Shown in pieces: positions 33,849 through 45,197 of a stretch of DNA of 64,000 bases. The stretch lies in the NCBI GenBank assembly GCA_000165345.1, contig CM000436.1:1056001-1120000 (forward strand). The letters are read 5' to 3'. The stretch's first letter is position 1, and every line of letters begins with the position of its first letter. The notes below the pieces were generated by a model. That model was not told where the DNA came from. It made no database searches and saw only the letters and a program-made list of their open reading frames with translations. A program made the translations under genes and the position numbers.

Positions 33849-36800
33849 ATGTTGAATTCTGTGGATGTTGATAAATCAGGTAGATTTGGAATATTTAGTA
33901 GGAAGGATGTTTATATATATAATTTAGATAGATGGAAAGATAGAATAGATGATGGGCTAGAATTTATTAAGGTAGATAAAGGAAAGAAGATAGGATTAAA
34001 GAAGTCTACAGAAGCAAGTAGTAACCTTAATTCAATTTTTATGGATGAATATGACCATAATAGTTCTAAGTATCCTGAAATAGTAAAATTTGGAACTCAT
34101 CCAAGTATGTATGGGAATTTCATAAATATTCAAGGGAATTTAATACTATATGGAAGTTTGGAAACTATTGGACTGGATTGTATTTCAACTCAGATGATGA
34201 ATATCAGTTCTTTTGACTGGAGTCCTCATTTTTCAACAGGTACTTTTGTAACAAGTTGTGAGGATGCGTTAATAAGAGTCTCAGATATAAGGAGTAAAAG
34301 TCTAGACTTATCATTCATGTCGTTCTATAATACAAATTGCATTAAATGGAATCCTTTAAATTCTTATTTAATAGGAGCTTTACATGAAAATGGAGAATTT
34401 TTAAGTATTTATGATCTTAGAGTTTTAAAGTCTACTGGTATAATATCTAGAAATCAGTGGCTAAATGATAATTTGAAAAGAAAGGAGAGAGAGACAAGAG
34501 GTAGAGAAAAGGGTAATACCGAATTTACATGGTTACCATTATCATCAGATAAAGTTTTGATTTCCGAAACAGATTATTTATGTATAATTGATTTTAAAAT
34601 AGCTATTGAAAGCTCTAATACAGCTTATAATAGTATTGCAGATTGTAATAATAATTTAAGAGTTAGAAATGGAGCACAATATATATCATTAACAAATCCT
34701 AATATTTCTCCAGATTTTGAAATACTCAACTTTTCATCAAGTTCGGTTGAAGAGGATGATGAACTAGGAGAGGATGAAGGTAATAGCTTAATGAATCAAG
34801 GTCATACTCAAGTTGATACAGAAATGGATATTCAGGATTTAAACTGGAAGAATAGAACAAATATAAAGGTTAATACATTTGATTTTTTACCAGGAACAAA
34901 TGATCTAATAATTAATGATAAAAATGGAAGATTCTACTTTAGTGAAATCAAATATAGCGATGATTTGGAACTTAAAAAGCTTAAATTAAAATATAGTGGG
35001 CCAGTAAAGAGAATTTTTTCAAGAGAAAATAATGGACTAACAGTTTTTGGAGGATTAAAAGCAGCAAGTCACTCAAGTATTAGTTATTTTGAAAGTGAAG
35101 AAAAAAATATAAAATATGATTTTTATGCAACTTCTTTACCACAAATAAATAATAAAAGAAATACTACAGAAGATGAAAAATACAAAATGTCAAACTTGAC
35201 ACTTCAAAGCTTCTGTTTGGACTGGTTTTATAGAGATTTGAATATGATCTATGAAAAAGTAAAGTTAAACCAACAAATGGCAAATAATCTAATATCAATT
35301 TCTATTGAGTCAAACGAAAGGATTATAGCAAAACTTTCAAGACATCCATCATTACGTGGGAAATTTGTAATGGAAGATAATACAAATCTTAATTTAGTTA
35401 TTGATTCTTTTGAATTTACAATAATTTTAACAACACAAAAAAATAATATTAAAGCTACTTATTATTTCACTAATAATACAATTCTCTTAATTAAAGAGAT
35501 TTTTTCATATCTTTCTATTATTGAAAAATCAGAATTAAATATTAATTCATGTGGACAAGAATTTAAAAAATTACAAAATTATGACTACACGTCACTAAAT
35601 TATTTGCATGTAAAAGAAAAAAATTACATGCAAAATTTAATACCGGTAAGAGTTTATGTGGATAATATAATATTGAATGGTAAAGAGAGAGAGAAATTGT
35701 GTGAATTATTTAGAATAGAACTTGATAAGGAATTATTAATATCATTATTTAATGAAACAGTGATAAGTAATAAAGCTCAAGTATCAAAGCAATTAATAGA
35801 TTGGGTATGGATTATTTCTAGTTTACCAGAATTAATATTTGGATTATTAATTCAAAATGATGGATCAAAAAAAGAACAACAATTAGAGTTAATATCATCA
35901 ACTAGAAAGCATGTATATGGGATAGGATTTGAACAACATGCAATAGTTGGTGAAAATTATGAGAAAAAAGCAAGAATTTCATTTACATTTAATACATTAG
36001 ATAAATTGATCATATCTCAAGGAAATTATTTAGTAGTAATGAAAGTGAATAATGAGGATGATTGGAATAGAGCTACAAGGTATGAGAATATATTGATTGA
36101 GATTAATGAAATGTTAAGAAAAGTGGAATATATTTCAGAGGAAAGGTTCTTATATGGAGATTATTTTAAATATGCATATGTACTATTTAGTTGGCTAACA
36201 AGAGTTTTATATAAGCAAAATAGAAGACGTAGTGTCAAGGATATACAGAATTTTAGTATAGATCCAACCAATATTGAAGAAAATTCAAATTTGAGTATGA
36301 TGTTATGTCCGACAGTTGTTCACTCATATTTTAAGAATAAAAGTGATGCTAATACATCTAGAAGACAGTTTGACCATATAATTGATTCTGTTACTCCTAT
36401 CACATACAAGTTTAATTTAACTTGTTCTAGTTCATCATGTTTTGATCAGATTGATAAAACAAAGCTTTTTATTTTACTAAAGAAATTATATTTGGAAATT
36501 AAAAATAATTATGATGCTAGAATTTTGGTGGTGGCTATTCAAAAGCTTTCAAATCATATAAAGAGAACCGAAGATTGGTATAAGTTAAAAAATGATTCAA
36601 AAATGGGATTAGGAAATCGATTAGAAGGAATGGGAGCAAATGAACTCATTTCAGAGTTGGAGTTGAATCCAGTATCATTATCTGAAATACAAAGAGGAGG
36701 AATAATATCAGATAATAATGGTTCAATTTTAGCTCATTCTGTTTCACCTTTTCCCTTGGATTTGACTTTATATTCAGAATATAAATCTACTCAAGTACTG

Positions 36801-36977
36801 AAACTTGCATCAGAAGCTTGCAGTATTTGTTTGGAACCAGTTTTTGGTCTTTATACACGTTGTATAAGTTGTAAGCATGGAGGTCATATAAAGCATATTA
36901 AAGATTGGTTCGAGGATAGGACAATATGCCCTATGGTAAACTGTAAATGCAAATGCGTCCCGGAAGAATGGAAGTAG
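33849..36977 (+). CDS. WD40-repeat protein with C-terminal RING-like Zn finger, WDR24/Sea2 (GATOR2)-like, 1042 aa
   Basis: N-terminal WD-like repeats ('...DWSPHFSTGTF...', 'IKWNPLNSYLIGALHENGEFLSIYDLRV'). The C-terminus 'CSICLEPVFGLYTRCISCKHGGHIKHIKDWFEDRTICPMVNCKCKC' follows the WDR24/Sea2 terminal RING pattern C-x2-C...C-x2-C-x-H-G-G-H-x2-H...W-F...C-P...C-x-C-x-C, as I recall it. Confidence 0.55.
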   Translation: MLNSVDVDKSGRFGIFSRKDVYIYNLDRWKDRIDDGLEFIKVDKGKKIGLKKSTEASSNLNSIFMDEYDHNSSKYPEIVKFGTHPSMYGNFINIQGNLILYGSLETIGLDCISTQMMNISSFDWSPHFSTGTFVTSCEDALIRVSDIRSKSLDLSFMSFYNTNCIKWNPLNSYLIGALHENGEFLSIYDLRVLKSTGIISRNQWLNDNLKRKERETRGREKGNTEFTWLPLSSDKVLISETDYLCIIDFKIAIESSNTAYNSIADCNNNLRVRNGAQYISLTNPNISPDFEILNFSSSSVEEDDELGEDEGNSLMNQGHTQVDTEMDIQDLNWKNRTNIKVNTFDFLPGTNDLIINDKNGRFYFSEIKYSDDLELKKLKLKYSGPVKRIFSRENNGLTVFGGLKAASHSSISYFESEEKNIKYDFYATSLPQINNKRNTTEDEKYKMSNLTLQSFCLDWFYRDLNMIYEKVKLNQQMANNLISISIESNERIIAKLSRHPSLRGKFVMEDNTNLNLVIDSFEFTIILTTQKNNIKATYYFTNNTILLIKEIFSYLSIIEKSELNINSCGQEFKKLQNYDYTSLNYLHVKEKNYMQNLIPVRVYVDNIILNGKEREKLCELFRIELDKELLISLFNETVISNKAQVSKQLIDWVWIISSLPELIFGLLIQNDGSKKEQQLELISSTRKHVYGIGFEQHAIVGENYEKKARISFTFNTLDKLIISQGNYLVVMKVNNEDDWNRATRYENILIEINEMLRKVEYISEERFLYGDYFKYAYVLFSWLTRVLYKQNRRRSVKDIQNFSIDPTNIEENSNLSMMLCPTVVHSYFKNKSDANTSRRQFDHIIDSVTPITYKFNLTCSSSSCFDQIDKTKLFILLKKLYLEIKNNYDARILVVAIQKLSNHIKRTEDWYKLKNDSKMGLGNRLEGMGANELISELELNPVSLSEIQRGGIISDNNGSILAHSVSPFPLDLTLYSEYKSTQVLKLASEACSICLEPVFGLYTRCISCKHGGHIKHIKDWFEDRTICPMVNCKCKCVPEEWK

Positions 36978-37324
36978 CAATCATCAAGCAAACAAAAGGT
37001 TGAGTTATATTATAGAATGTTAAGTTATAGCTAAATTGATACAGAAATATGAAACTTTCATCTATATAATCAGTTTATTTTCATTATACTAGTTTAATAT
37101 TAATAGAATAGTTAGGGTATTTATCATCCTCAAGAATTATACAAGGGATGAATTTAGGAATTAAAGCATTTATTTGAGCTTTAGGAGAAAATTTTGACTT
37201 CTTTTCTAAAAAAAAAAAAAAAAGATTATTTTCCTTTTTCTTCTTTCCCTTTTATTTTTCCTTGTTTCCAGATTATTTCGTTACCATAATCTAGTCTATT
37301 AGATTCACCATATATTTGGATTAA

Positions 37325-37969
37325 TTATGCAGCTTTAGCCTTCTTTCTATCAGCTCTAGAAACAGCGTGGAAACCAGTTTTAATGTTTTGTACACTTCTA
37401 TTGGCACCACAAGCGGCACAAACAATTGTATATAGACGGGTTCTATTATCTCTTTCAAGTCTAGTATTTGGAGATTTACACATAGAACATGCAACATATT
37501 CCATAATGTATTTCCTAAGCAAAACTTCAATGTGTTTTGGCCCATATTTACCCTTTAATACAAGCTGACCATCTCCTGCAATTGATCCTTCAGTTCCCAA
37601 TTCACTTAACACGAACTGGAAAACGTGGTCTGCATTTCTTTGCATAATATTGCAAATTTCTTGGAAATTAATCCAAGCTACCTTCTTACTTCCAACTCTA
37701 ACAACTTGTGGTGGTTTTAGTGTATATCTCTTTGCTCCCCACAAATCTGGATTGTGCTCAAGAATCAATCTTCTGACTCTTTCTAAAAGTTCTTCATATG
37801 GGTAAATTGCACCCTTGACAAATAATTGTCCTGATCCATCAACATAACTGCTTTCTACTTCAGAAACTCCCGTCTTATGTTCCTTACTCTTCTTCTTCTT
37901 CTTCTTTTCACCAAAATCATAACCCATATCCATCTTCTGCACTCCTTCAATTAATTCTTTCTCTGACAT
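37325..37969 (-). CDS. EIF2B: Translation initiation factor eIF2 beta subunit, 214 aa
   Basis: N-terminal Lys box 'GEKKKKKKSKEHK', the eIF2beta/eIF5 core 'LGTEGSIAGDGQLVLKGKYGPKHIEVLLRKYIMEYVACSMCKSPNTRLERDNRTRLYTIVCAACGANRSV' and its C4 zinc ribbon are present. Track ORFs 37321-37545(-) and 37383-37568(+) are overlapping artifacts. Confidence 0.85.
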   Translation of the reverse strand: MSEKELIEGVQKMDMGYDFGEKKKKKKSKEHKTGVSEVESSYVDGSGQLFVKGAIYPYEELLERVRRLILEHNPDLWGAKRYTLKPPQVVRVGSKKVAWINFQEICNIMQRNADHVFQFVLSELGTEGSIAGDGQLVLKGKYGPKHIEVLLRKYIMEYVACSMCKSPNTRLERDNRTRLYTIVCAACGANRSVQNIKTGFHAVSRADRKKAKAA

Positions 37970-38095
37970 TTTTCCTTCTCTATCTCCACTTTAACAATTT
38001 AGGACTTGTTTTATTATTCAATTTTTAATAAATTTTTCCCTTGATAGTTTACTATTTATTAATTATTTAAGACATAAGTCCTTATTTCCCGCCAA

Positions 38096-38110
38096 AACCA
38101 AATTTTTTTT
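38096..38110 (-). promoter_or_regulatory. E2F-like site TTTCCCGCCAAAACC about 130 bp upstream of the eIF2-beta ATG
   Basis: Direct reading of 38096-38110. Confidence 0.4.
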
Positions 38111-38663
38111 CAAGAAAATATTTCTTTAGTTTTGGTTTACAAGTCTGAATTATTATTTCTTCTCTTGCTTGAATCTTTTATCATTTACCCATACTCTATG
38201 AGCTAACTATTATAGTTAATTTGTTTATAATATATATTGTAAACAAATTAATTCCAAGAATCTATATAACTGCTTTTCCTTAACTGCAAACTCCCCCAAC
38301 AAATTTTTCCATTTCAAATATATATTGTTTTAATACGCGTATTGTACACGCATTTTTTAAAAAACTCTTTAAATAATTACTAAATTCTATTGTTCTAGCG
38401 GAATGGTATACCATTTGTTATTTAGAGAGAAAAAAAGAGGAGAAAAAGTTAAATAAATATAATTACTATAAAATTTGATTTGATGGTTGCTTCTATAAGT
38501 ATTCTAATATTAATTATTCTTATTTCTACAAATTTCTATAAAGTTTAGCCATATTGATTTCCTTATACAACTTTTATATTATCTTTTCTTTCAACAATTT
38601 TTGTTGATTACTTCTGTTAATTTCATTAATATCACCTTATAATTACACTCACCCGTGTGCGAA

Positions 38664-38736
38664 GGGGAACTAGCTCAGATGGTAGAGCGCTCGCTTAGCA
38701 TGCGAGAGGTGATCGGATCGATGCCGGTGTTCTCCA
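38664..38736 (+). tRNA. tRNA-Ala: tRNA-Ala (anticodon AGC), 73 nt, followed by a T5 Pol III terminator at 38738-38742
   Basis: GGGGAAC/GUUCUCC acceptor stem with the G3:U70 alanine identity pair and discriminator A73. D-arm is GCUC-AGAUGGUA-GAGC. Anticodon stem-loop is CUCGC-UUAGCAU-GCGAG, giving anticodon AGC. A T-arm is present and the gene is followed by 'cttttt'. Confidence 0.9.
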
Positions 38737-39123
38737 CTTTTTGCTCCCGCCAATTTATTTTCCATTAATATTTTTTCAAAGTGGTCATTGAATACATACG
38801 AAAATAAGTTAATATTAGAAAATAATGAAATGTTATTTGCCATTAAATTAAAATATTAAATTATTAATTCGACGATTACAATTTATTTCAAGCAACTAAT
38901 TACATATAAATATATTGTGTATAAACTAAATTGTTGAAAAGAAGAAGAAATTGTCTTTAAAATAATATTCTCTCCACTTAAGAATTTTCCTTTTCTTTTA
39001 TTTGCTCTTAATTAAATTAAATGATATGGTTTAAAAGTTGTTATTGTAAAATTTGAAATGATTTTAATAAAAGAAAAAGCATTTCACTTTTAAATCTTTT
39101 TTAGATATTGAAATCCAAATAGC

Positions 39124-40878
39124 TTAAACACATACCTGGTGAGTCTTTGTCTTTGCGTCAGATACCTGATTCTTCCTTGAATTACTATTTGATTTAGAAG
39201 TGAAAGTGGTAGTGAGTCCAACAATAAATCCGATAAATTTAACCTTGATTGCTAAGATATATGTTGCTATACTTAATATTGTTGTAATAGTGAAAGTAAG
39301 GAAGATTGATTGTAAATATGGTATCTGGAGCGGAATGATTATATAAGACATAGTTACTTCAAGCCAAAGCATATGTACAATATATATTATAATTGATGAT
39401 GCTGTAAAATGGAAATATAAGTTTGGAATAAATACATGATTAAGTAGTGAATGGCATATTGAATCCAATACAAATACGATAATCCATGATCCTGTAACAT
39501 AGAATAATGAGCTACTTGGTATTCTATACATTGGGAATGCCCACATATATCCAATGCCATCATTACCCAAAGAAAAGCTGATTGAATATAAAACCAAAGA
39601 AATGAAAACGAGAGTTGGTTTAAACATTCCTGGCATATTATTAATAATACTGTGGATCTTATTACTGGAATAATAATTATAATCATTTGAAAGGCTTATT
39701 TTGTCAACAGATTGTTGGTGATTTTTAGTATTACCAAAATTGAATTCTTTGCAAGCATTAATATTAAATTGATCTTGACTGGAGCTTGGTATTGGTATAG
39801 TTAAATCAGAAGACTCTTCAGAATTTAGAGGGTCAGAACTTCCAATTAAAGCTTGGTTTTCGGGAATGACTTGATGATTTATAGAACAATAATGACTTAG
39901 TAGTTGGTCAATAAAACCAACAGCAAAGAATGAAATATAGAAAATAATAGCTAACATCATTCTTCTGTCATCAATAACTCTAAGAAATCCTTTTTCAGGA
40001 AAAACGGGTTTGTGGTTATCAGAGGATATAGTTGAAGTGTTGGAATTATATTCAACGTTACTATAAAATGCTAGAAATAAGCTTCCAAGTATAAATGATG
40101 CAGCTGTTAAATATATTAAAGCAAGATTTAGACTTGATTTCCCATCCCTATTTGATTTCATTACTAGAGATGAAACTAACATAATCATTAGCGGAAATGA
40201 AAGCCCAAAAAGTGCTAATGGATGAAAATTATAACTATATATTACGATAGGACCAAAAACTGCTGCAATACATCCGCATGAAATTATATATGAAATATTC
40301 TCACTCTTTTTCTGACCTTTCATAACCTTCATAAAGGGAAACATCACCACAGAAATAACAATCAATAATGCTAAAAACCAAAGCCATTCAAACCCATGAC
40401 ATTTAAAATCTTTGACATACATGAAATAGTAAAGATGAAAATTGGCAGGAGCTCCATCTAATGTATAAGTACATGGCCTTCTACCATTTGCCACGTAATG
40501 TGTTATTGGTAATAGAATAAAATACCCAGAAATTAGAGGTAAAGCCAAACGTAAAATCTTCTTTCTTAATAATACACCCAAGCTTGGAGTACTTGAAAGA
40601 AAACTAGCTCTTCCTGAAACGTAAAAAAAAATGGGCATTCCAAATTCTGAGAAAAATACAATCATTTGTCTGACAATTTCCTTTTCACTTCTTGTTATTC
40701 CAATATTTAGTAGGTTCAAGTAATAAATTACATGAACGAAAACTACCAGCCAAACAGCCAGTGTTTTCAGCCAATCCAAGTAGTGAAGGCGAGCCTGGCT
40801 CGATTTCTTCATCTCATTGGTAGCCTTTTCTTGGGAAATTACCTGATTCTCCATCAAAAAGTCAAATTTGACGAACAA
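39124..40878 (-). CDS. Polytopic membrane protein, possibly acyltransferase-3 (OPGC/HGSNAT-like) family, 584 aa
   Basis: More than 10 hydrophobic helices. N-terminal 'RLHYLDWLKTLAVWLVVFVHV' resembles the acyltransferase-3 signature (R-x-x-x-LD-x-LR/K...-VV-x-H). Weak, from memory. Confidence 0.4.
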   Translation of the reverse strand: MFVKFDFLMENQVISQEKATNEMKKSSQARLHYLDWLKTLAVWLVVFVHVIYYLNLLNIGITRSEKEIVRQMIVFFSEFGMPIFFYVSGRASFLSSTPSLGVLLRKKILRLALPLISGYFILLPITHYVANGRRPCTYTLDGAPANFHLYYFMYVKDFKCHGFEWLWFLALLIVISVVMFPFMKVMKGQKKSENISYIISCGCIAAVFGPIVIYSYNFHPLALFGLSFPLMIMLVSSLVMKSNRDGKSSLNLALIYLTAASFILGSLFLAFYSNVEYNSNTSTISSDNHKPVFPEKGFLRVIDDRRMMLAIIFYISFFAVGFIDQLLSHYCSINHQVIPENQALIGSSDPLNSEESSDLTIPIPSSSQDQFNINACKEFNFGNTKNHQQSVDKISLSNDYNYYSSNKIHSIINNMPGMFKPTLVFISLVLYSISFSLGNDGIGYMWAFPMYRIPSSSLFYVTGSWIIVFVLDSICHSLLNHVFIPNLYFHFTASSIIIYIVHMLWLEVTMSYIIIPLQIPYLQSIFLTFTITTILSIATYILAIKVKFIGFIVGLTTTFTSKSNSNSRKNQVSDAKTKTHQVCV

Positions 40879-40916
40879 ACCTTTTCCTCTTAAAAAATTA
40901 TACTACCTAAAATCTT

Positions 40917-41002
40917 TAGGCGCCAACCCTACTTTTTTTTTTTTTCCTCTTACGTGGCACCGGTATTTTAGAAAACAATTAATAATTTACATGCATGTAA
41001 GC
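40917..41002. promoter_or_regulatory. Upstream motif block for gene 39124-40878: TTTAGGCGCCAACC (E2F-like), ACGTGGCACCGGTAT and CATGCATGTAAGC
   Basis: Direct reading. It combines both motif vocabularies seen elsewhere in the window. Confidence 0.4.
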
Positions 41003-41354
41003 TTAGAGTTCATTTGCAAATTTTCAAAAAAAAAATAAATATATACATTAAACTACTAAAATATACTTAAGTAAATATTAAGATTTATTATTTATTAATA
41101 CAATTTATTTTTACTCTGCATCTTTTAATTGCCCTTTCTATATGGATAGACATCTGCCATTGAGCGCTAACAAGTTTATTGTGTGTGAACAATATAAATA
41201 ATTTGAATGTGCACATAGTTTTTCCACCCATATTGAATGCAATGCCAAATCTTTATAATTTGATTCTCTTTTATTCAAAGCAAGCCTATTAGTATTTAGC
41301 CCCTCACCACATTTTCCCCACTATTTCTCAATATTTTTTCCACACCTGAACTTT

Positions 41355-41544
<190 letters not shown>

Positions 41545-41643
41545 TAAAACCTCCCTATTGTAATGGTTCCTTTCTCAGGCAGTCCCGTCATTTTTATCTT
41601 TTTCTTTTAACTACAACTGGTCGTTAATCCATGCTTTTGTAAA

Positions 41644-43617
41644 TTAATTTTTATTCTTCATTTTTAATTGAATATATGATTTCAAAAATGACCCAAAAGA
41701 ACTGAATACCAACATAATATAGTAAAATATTTGTGTTAAAAGTAACGAAGTGATAGTTATAAATAATATATTAATGTATATAGGCAACTCAAGCTTTATT
41801 TTGGACTCCAATAAAAATGATACAATACGAATTGTAATCGGATGTAAAAAAATCATAATAAATAGATTTTGGTTTTCTTTCTTTATTTTTTCTATCCCAT
41901 TTGAACTTTTAACAAGGTATAATTCAGATCTGAAAAGTGGATGAGATGTAATTGTTATCATAAGAAATAGTAGAGATATTTCTTTAAATGTATTTAAATA
42001 AATTGTTAAATTTTGAAAGTATTTATTTTCTGTGAAGAAAAACGTTATATAAACAATAGTTAAGAATAATACCAATAAAGATATACTTTTAAGTAGTGGA
42101 TGTATGATGTATATTTCTTCTCTTTTCTTAAGATAATTATTATACTGACTTCTCATAAATGATAATTGTGAATCTGTAGCACCAAGTAAGAATATTAAGC
42201 AGAGCTTCCAAATTATTGAATAATCTTTTAATGGAATCAAAAGAAAGAATAAGAGAATGTAAGTCAAAGCCAAAGAAATTTGTACTTTTGTTACTGAAGA
42301 TAAATGACCAGCTAAGGAGAATGTAATGATTGGAAGAGCTAATGGGATGAATATAAGCATTGAAAACTCTCCAAGCTTATAGTAGTATAACATTAAAATA
42401 ACCAAGATTGGAATTGTAGCTTTACTAATCAAAGAAATGAATGAGAATTCTCTTTCATAAAAGTAATATTCTGCTTGATTTTTTGCATTAATAACTCCAA
42501 TATCTCTATGCTCTAGCTCATTTGTTAGCAAAGGACTATTTAGATTTTCTTGATATTTTCTCACATTATTTGAGTTATTCATATCCAAAATTGTTGAATA
42601 TTTACTGAATAGTACGGAACCAATAGTATTTGTAGTAGTATTGTTAGTATTAGTATCAGTAGTGGGAAAATGACTGCAAGTTTCCATTAAGTCAATATCA
42701 TTAGAATTATTTCTAGAGCAGTTTTGTAATATAGAATTTCTGATTTCTCCAAGAGAACATTCTATTATATACTTTGTAAGCTCAGTAATTGGGAAACATA
42801 TTATACGTATAAATGATAAATAAATTAATACTTGAGGAAAATATGAAATTTTTTTGGATGCAGTATCTAATGAAGCTTTATATATGATTCTATCCAATGA
42901 ATCCAAGAAAAAGTTGATAGGAGACAATGTAATTCTTTCTGCCCATATTGGATATTCTGATGAAATATAATATGAAAAAGGCTGAATAAAGTATAAGATT
43001 AGAAATCCTGGTATAAAATATTTGGTAATGGATTTATATATGACAGTCTTGATAGATAAGAAGGTAGGATGAGTAAAAATACGTATAATTCTGGAAGATT
43101 TCTGGTTGAATGAATGATTATTTGAATAATTTAACTCAATAGTTTTATTTAAAGTTAGAATTGAAGTTGTGAATGATTTTCCGGAAATATATGTAAATGC
43201 AAAAATACAGGAAAAAAATATGATATTATGAAAGATTTTGAGAGTGATTAGAGTTTTCTCATCAATATTACTAACAATATGCTTTGTTTCAATTATTGAT
43301 CTTGATATATAAAGTAATGTAACAACGAATATTTTGAATCGGAACAAGTTTTTATCATAGATAAGTAGTTCACTTTGACTTAGAGACTTAATTTCACCAG
43401 GTTGAGTTTTATCTTTAATATTAATATTAACACAGTTGCTGTTATCAAAATAATAATCATTATACTTTTGATTAAGTTTTGAATTTGTACCTGAAATCTT
43501 TAAATAGGAGTCTCGGAAATTATTGTTGGGCCCACTTTTTATTGGGGAAAGAATACTTGATAAACGATAATTAGATGATGAAGGCATTTTATTTCCAATT
43601 TTAAAATGATAAATCAA
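41644..43617 (-). CDS. Large polytopic membrane protein (657 aa), function unknown
   Basis: Long ORF with many hydrophobic segments and an N-rich loop. The start could be the internal Met 'MPSSSNYR'. No family recognised. Confidence 0.5.
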   Translation of the reverse strand: MIYHFKIGNKMPSSSNYRLSSILSPIKSGPNNNFRDSYLKISGTNSKLNQKYNDYYFDNSNCVNINIKDKTQPGEIKSLSQSELLIYDKNLFRFKIFVVTLLYISRSIIETKHIVSNIDEKTLITLKIFHNIIFFSCIFAFTYISGKSFTTSILTLNKTIELNYSNNHSFNQKSSRIIRIFTHPTFLSIKTVIYKSITKYFIPGFLILYFIQPFSYYISSEYPIWAERITLSPINFFLDSLDRIIYKASLDTASKKISYFPQVLIYLSFIRIICFPITELTKYIIECSLGEIRNSILQNCSRNNSNDIDLMETCSHFPTTDTNTNNTTTNTIGSVLFSKYSTILDMNNSNNVRKYQENLNSPLLTNELEHRDIGVINAKNQAEYYFYEREFSFISLISKATIPILVILMLYYYKLGEFSMLIFIPLALPIITFSLAGHLSSVTKVQISLALTYILLFFLLIPLKDYSIIWKLCLIFLLGATDSQLSFMRSQYNNYLKKREEIYIIHPLLKSISLLVLFLTIVYITFFFTENKYFQNLTIYLNTFKEISLLFLMITITSHPLFRSELYLVKSSNGIEKIKKENQNLFIMIFLHPITIRIVSFLLESKIKLELPIYINILFITITSLLLTQIFYYIMLVFSSFGSFLKSYIQLKMKNKN

Positions 43618-44007
43618 AAAATAAACTCTTAATTTTTACAAGTAGAACTTTTCAAGATTACTTATTCTCTTTCTCTTAACTTGAAACTGAGATTCAAAAA
43701 AAAAAAAAAAAATGGATAAATGAATAACTTCAGAGCCTTACCCTGAGGGAGGAAAATAGTAATGTAATGAAAACAATAATAATAGTAATTTTGTGTTAGT
43801 ATCAATAAATAATGATTATTAATTAATAGTGCCACTACCTTCCAAAATACTCTTCTATAACAACTTGTTTTTGTTACAAATTGAACCCAATTTGCCCATA
43901 CAGATAGATAGATAATTTATCAAGCTTCCAAATTGTGCATATTTTTATAATTTTGCAATTCTGAAATATCTTCTTTTTTTCGCACTCTGATTAAAAAATG
44001 CAAACTA

Positions 44008-44096
44008 ATTTGGCGCCTAGTACACGTCATGTGGGGAGAAACCGGTACTATGCACAAGCATGCATATAGATTGAAATTTGGGCGGGTATTGAACAA
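44008..44096. promoter_or_regulatory. Composite motif cluster: ATTTGGCGCC, CACGTCA, ACCGGTACT, GCATGCAT, TTTGGGCGGG
   Basis: Direct reading of 44008-44096, inside the 1.6 kb intergenic region upstream of CNOT9. A second cluster 'CCGGCGCCAAATG...TTGGCGGTAAA' lies at 44922-44947. Confidence 0.4.
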
Positions 44097-44528
44097 AATG
44101 ATTTTTTTTTTTCTTATTAATTCAGAGATACAGAAGAGGGTAAGAAGTTAAATAAGAATTGGAAAGAATAGAAAAGATTAGATTTTTTAATTTCCGATTA
44201 AAAAGAATGTATTAATTCCACAATAAATTATAGAATTTAAATTTGAATTAGTAATGCAAGTAAATGGATCTATTTCATAAATTGTATCATAAATTTTGAG
44301 TAAAAATGGGTATAGCTGTTTAATCCTTTTCCTCTTCTATTTTGAAAGTCACAATGATTGTAGTGATAGAAAGATACTTCAAATTGAAAAAAAAGATTTT
44401 GAATAATTACTATCCTTACTAATTTTTTTTTCTTTTCTACCAATTTATTATATTTAACTATTTTTCCCAATTTACCTTCAATTCTATTATTTATCTTTCT
44501 ATTCAATAAAAACTCCTATAAGTCTATT

Positions 44529-44566
<38 letters not shown>

Positions 44567-45197
44567 CTCAAATTTAATAAATCTGTTAATTTTGAATATA
44601 AAATTTGCAAGTTAAGTGTTTAGCTGAGCGTACGAATATTTTATAATTTTGAAGATTACGCTTGAAGAAAATTGAAATATATAAAGGGAGAGAAAAGGAA
44701 AGCATTGGGGAGAAAAAAAAAAAAAAGACCGAATGCTAAGATAAAAAACAGTTTTGAAATAAAATTCTAAGAATATCCGTAAATGCCTTCAATATATTTA
44801 TTAAAGATATGTGCAATTGGATAAGCCATTAACTTGCATAATTTTTTATTTGAAATTTATTCCAAAAGTGACGGCAATAGTATTGAAGATAGGTGGGGAC
44901 TCAAGTAGACAAACAAAATGTCCGGCGCCAAATGTGTTGGCGGTAAACCGAGTTGTCAAATTTAATTTGGAAATTGAATGAAATAAAAGAAGCAAGGAAT
45001 TAAAATAAAACAGAATTAAAAAAAGGTTTTAAGTTAATGGATTTTTAAAATCGAAGAAATGAAAAGCCATTGAACGAGTTTATATAGAATCCAAATACAT
45101 TGTGCAGTTCTCTTTTTTGTTTTTTTCTTTTTTATCTTATATTAAAATAAAGTTAATCAAAGTAGAATTTTAATTTTTGGGAATCAATAAATAAGAA

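Noticed and set aside
39387-39686. ORF 39387-39686(-) nested in gene 39124-40878, and many small ORFs nested in 59525-62761 (59623-59901, 59869-60057, 59876-60145, 60169-60423, 60512-60730, 61858-62361, 61915-62172, 61958-62404)
   Set aside because: All are alternative-frame or antisense readings inside long, continuous, much better-supported ORFs. Several are repeat translations (His/Gly and Thr/Val/Met repeats from the catgac array).
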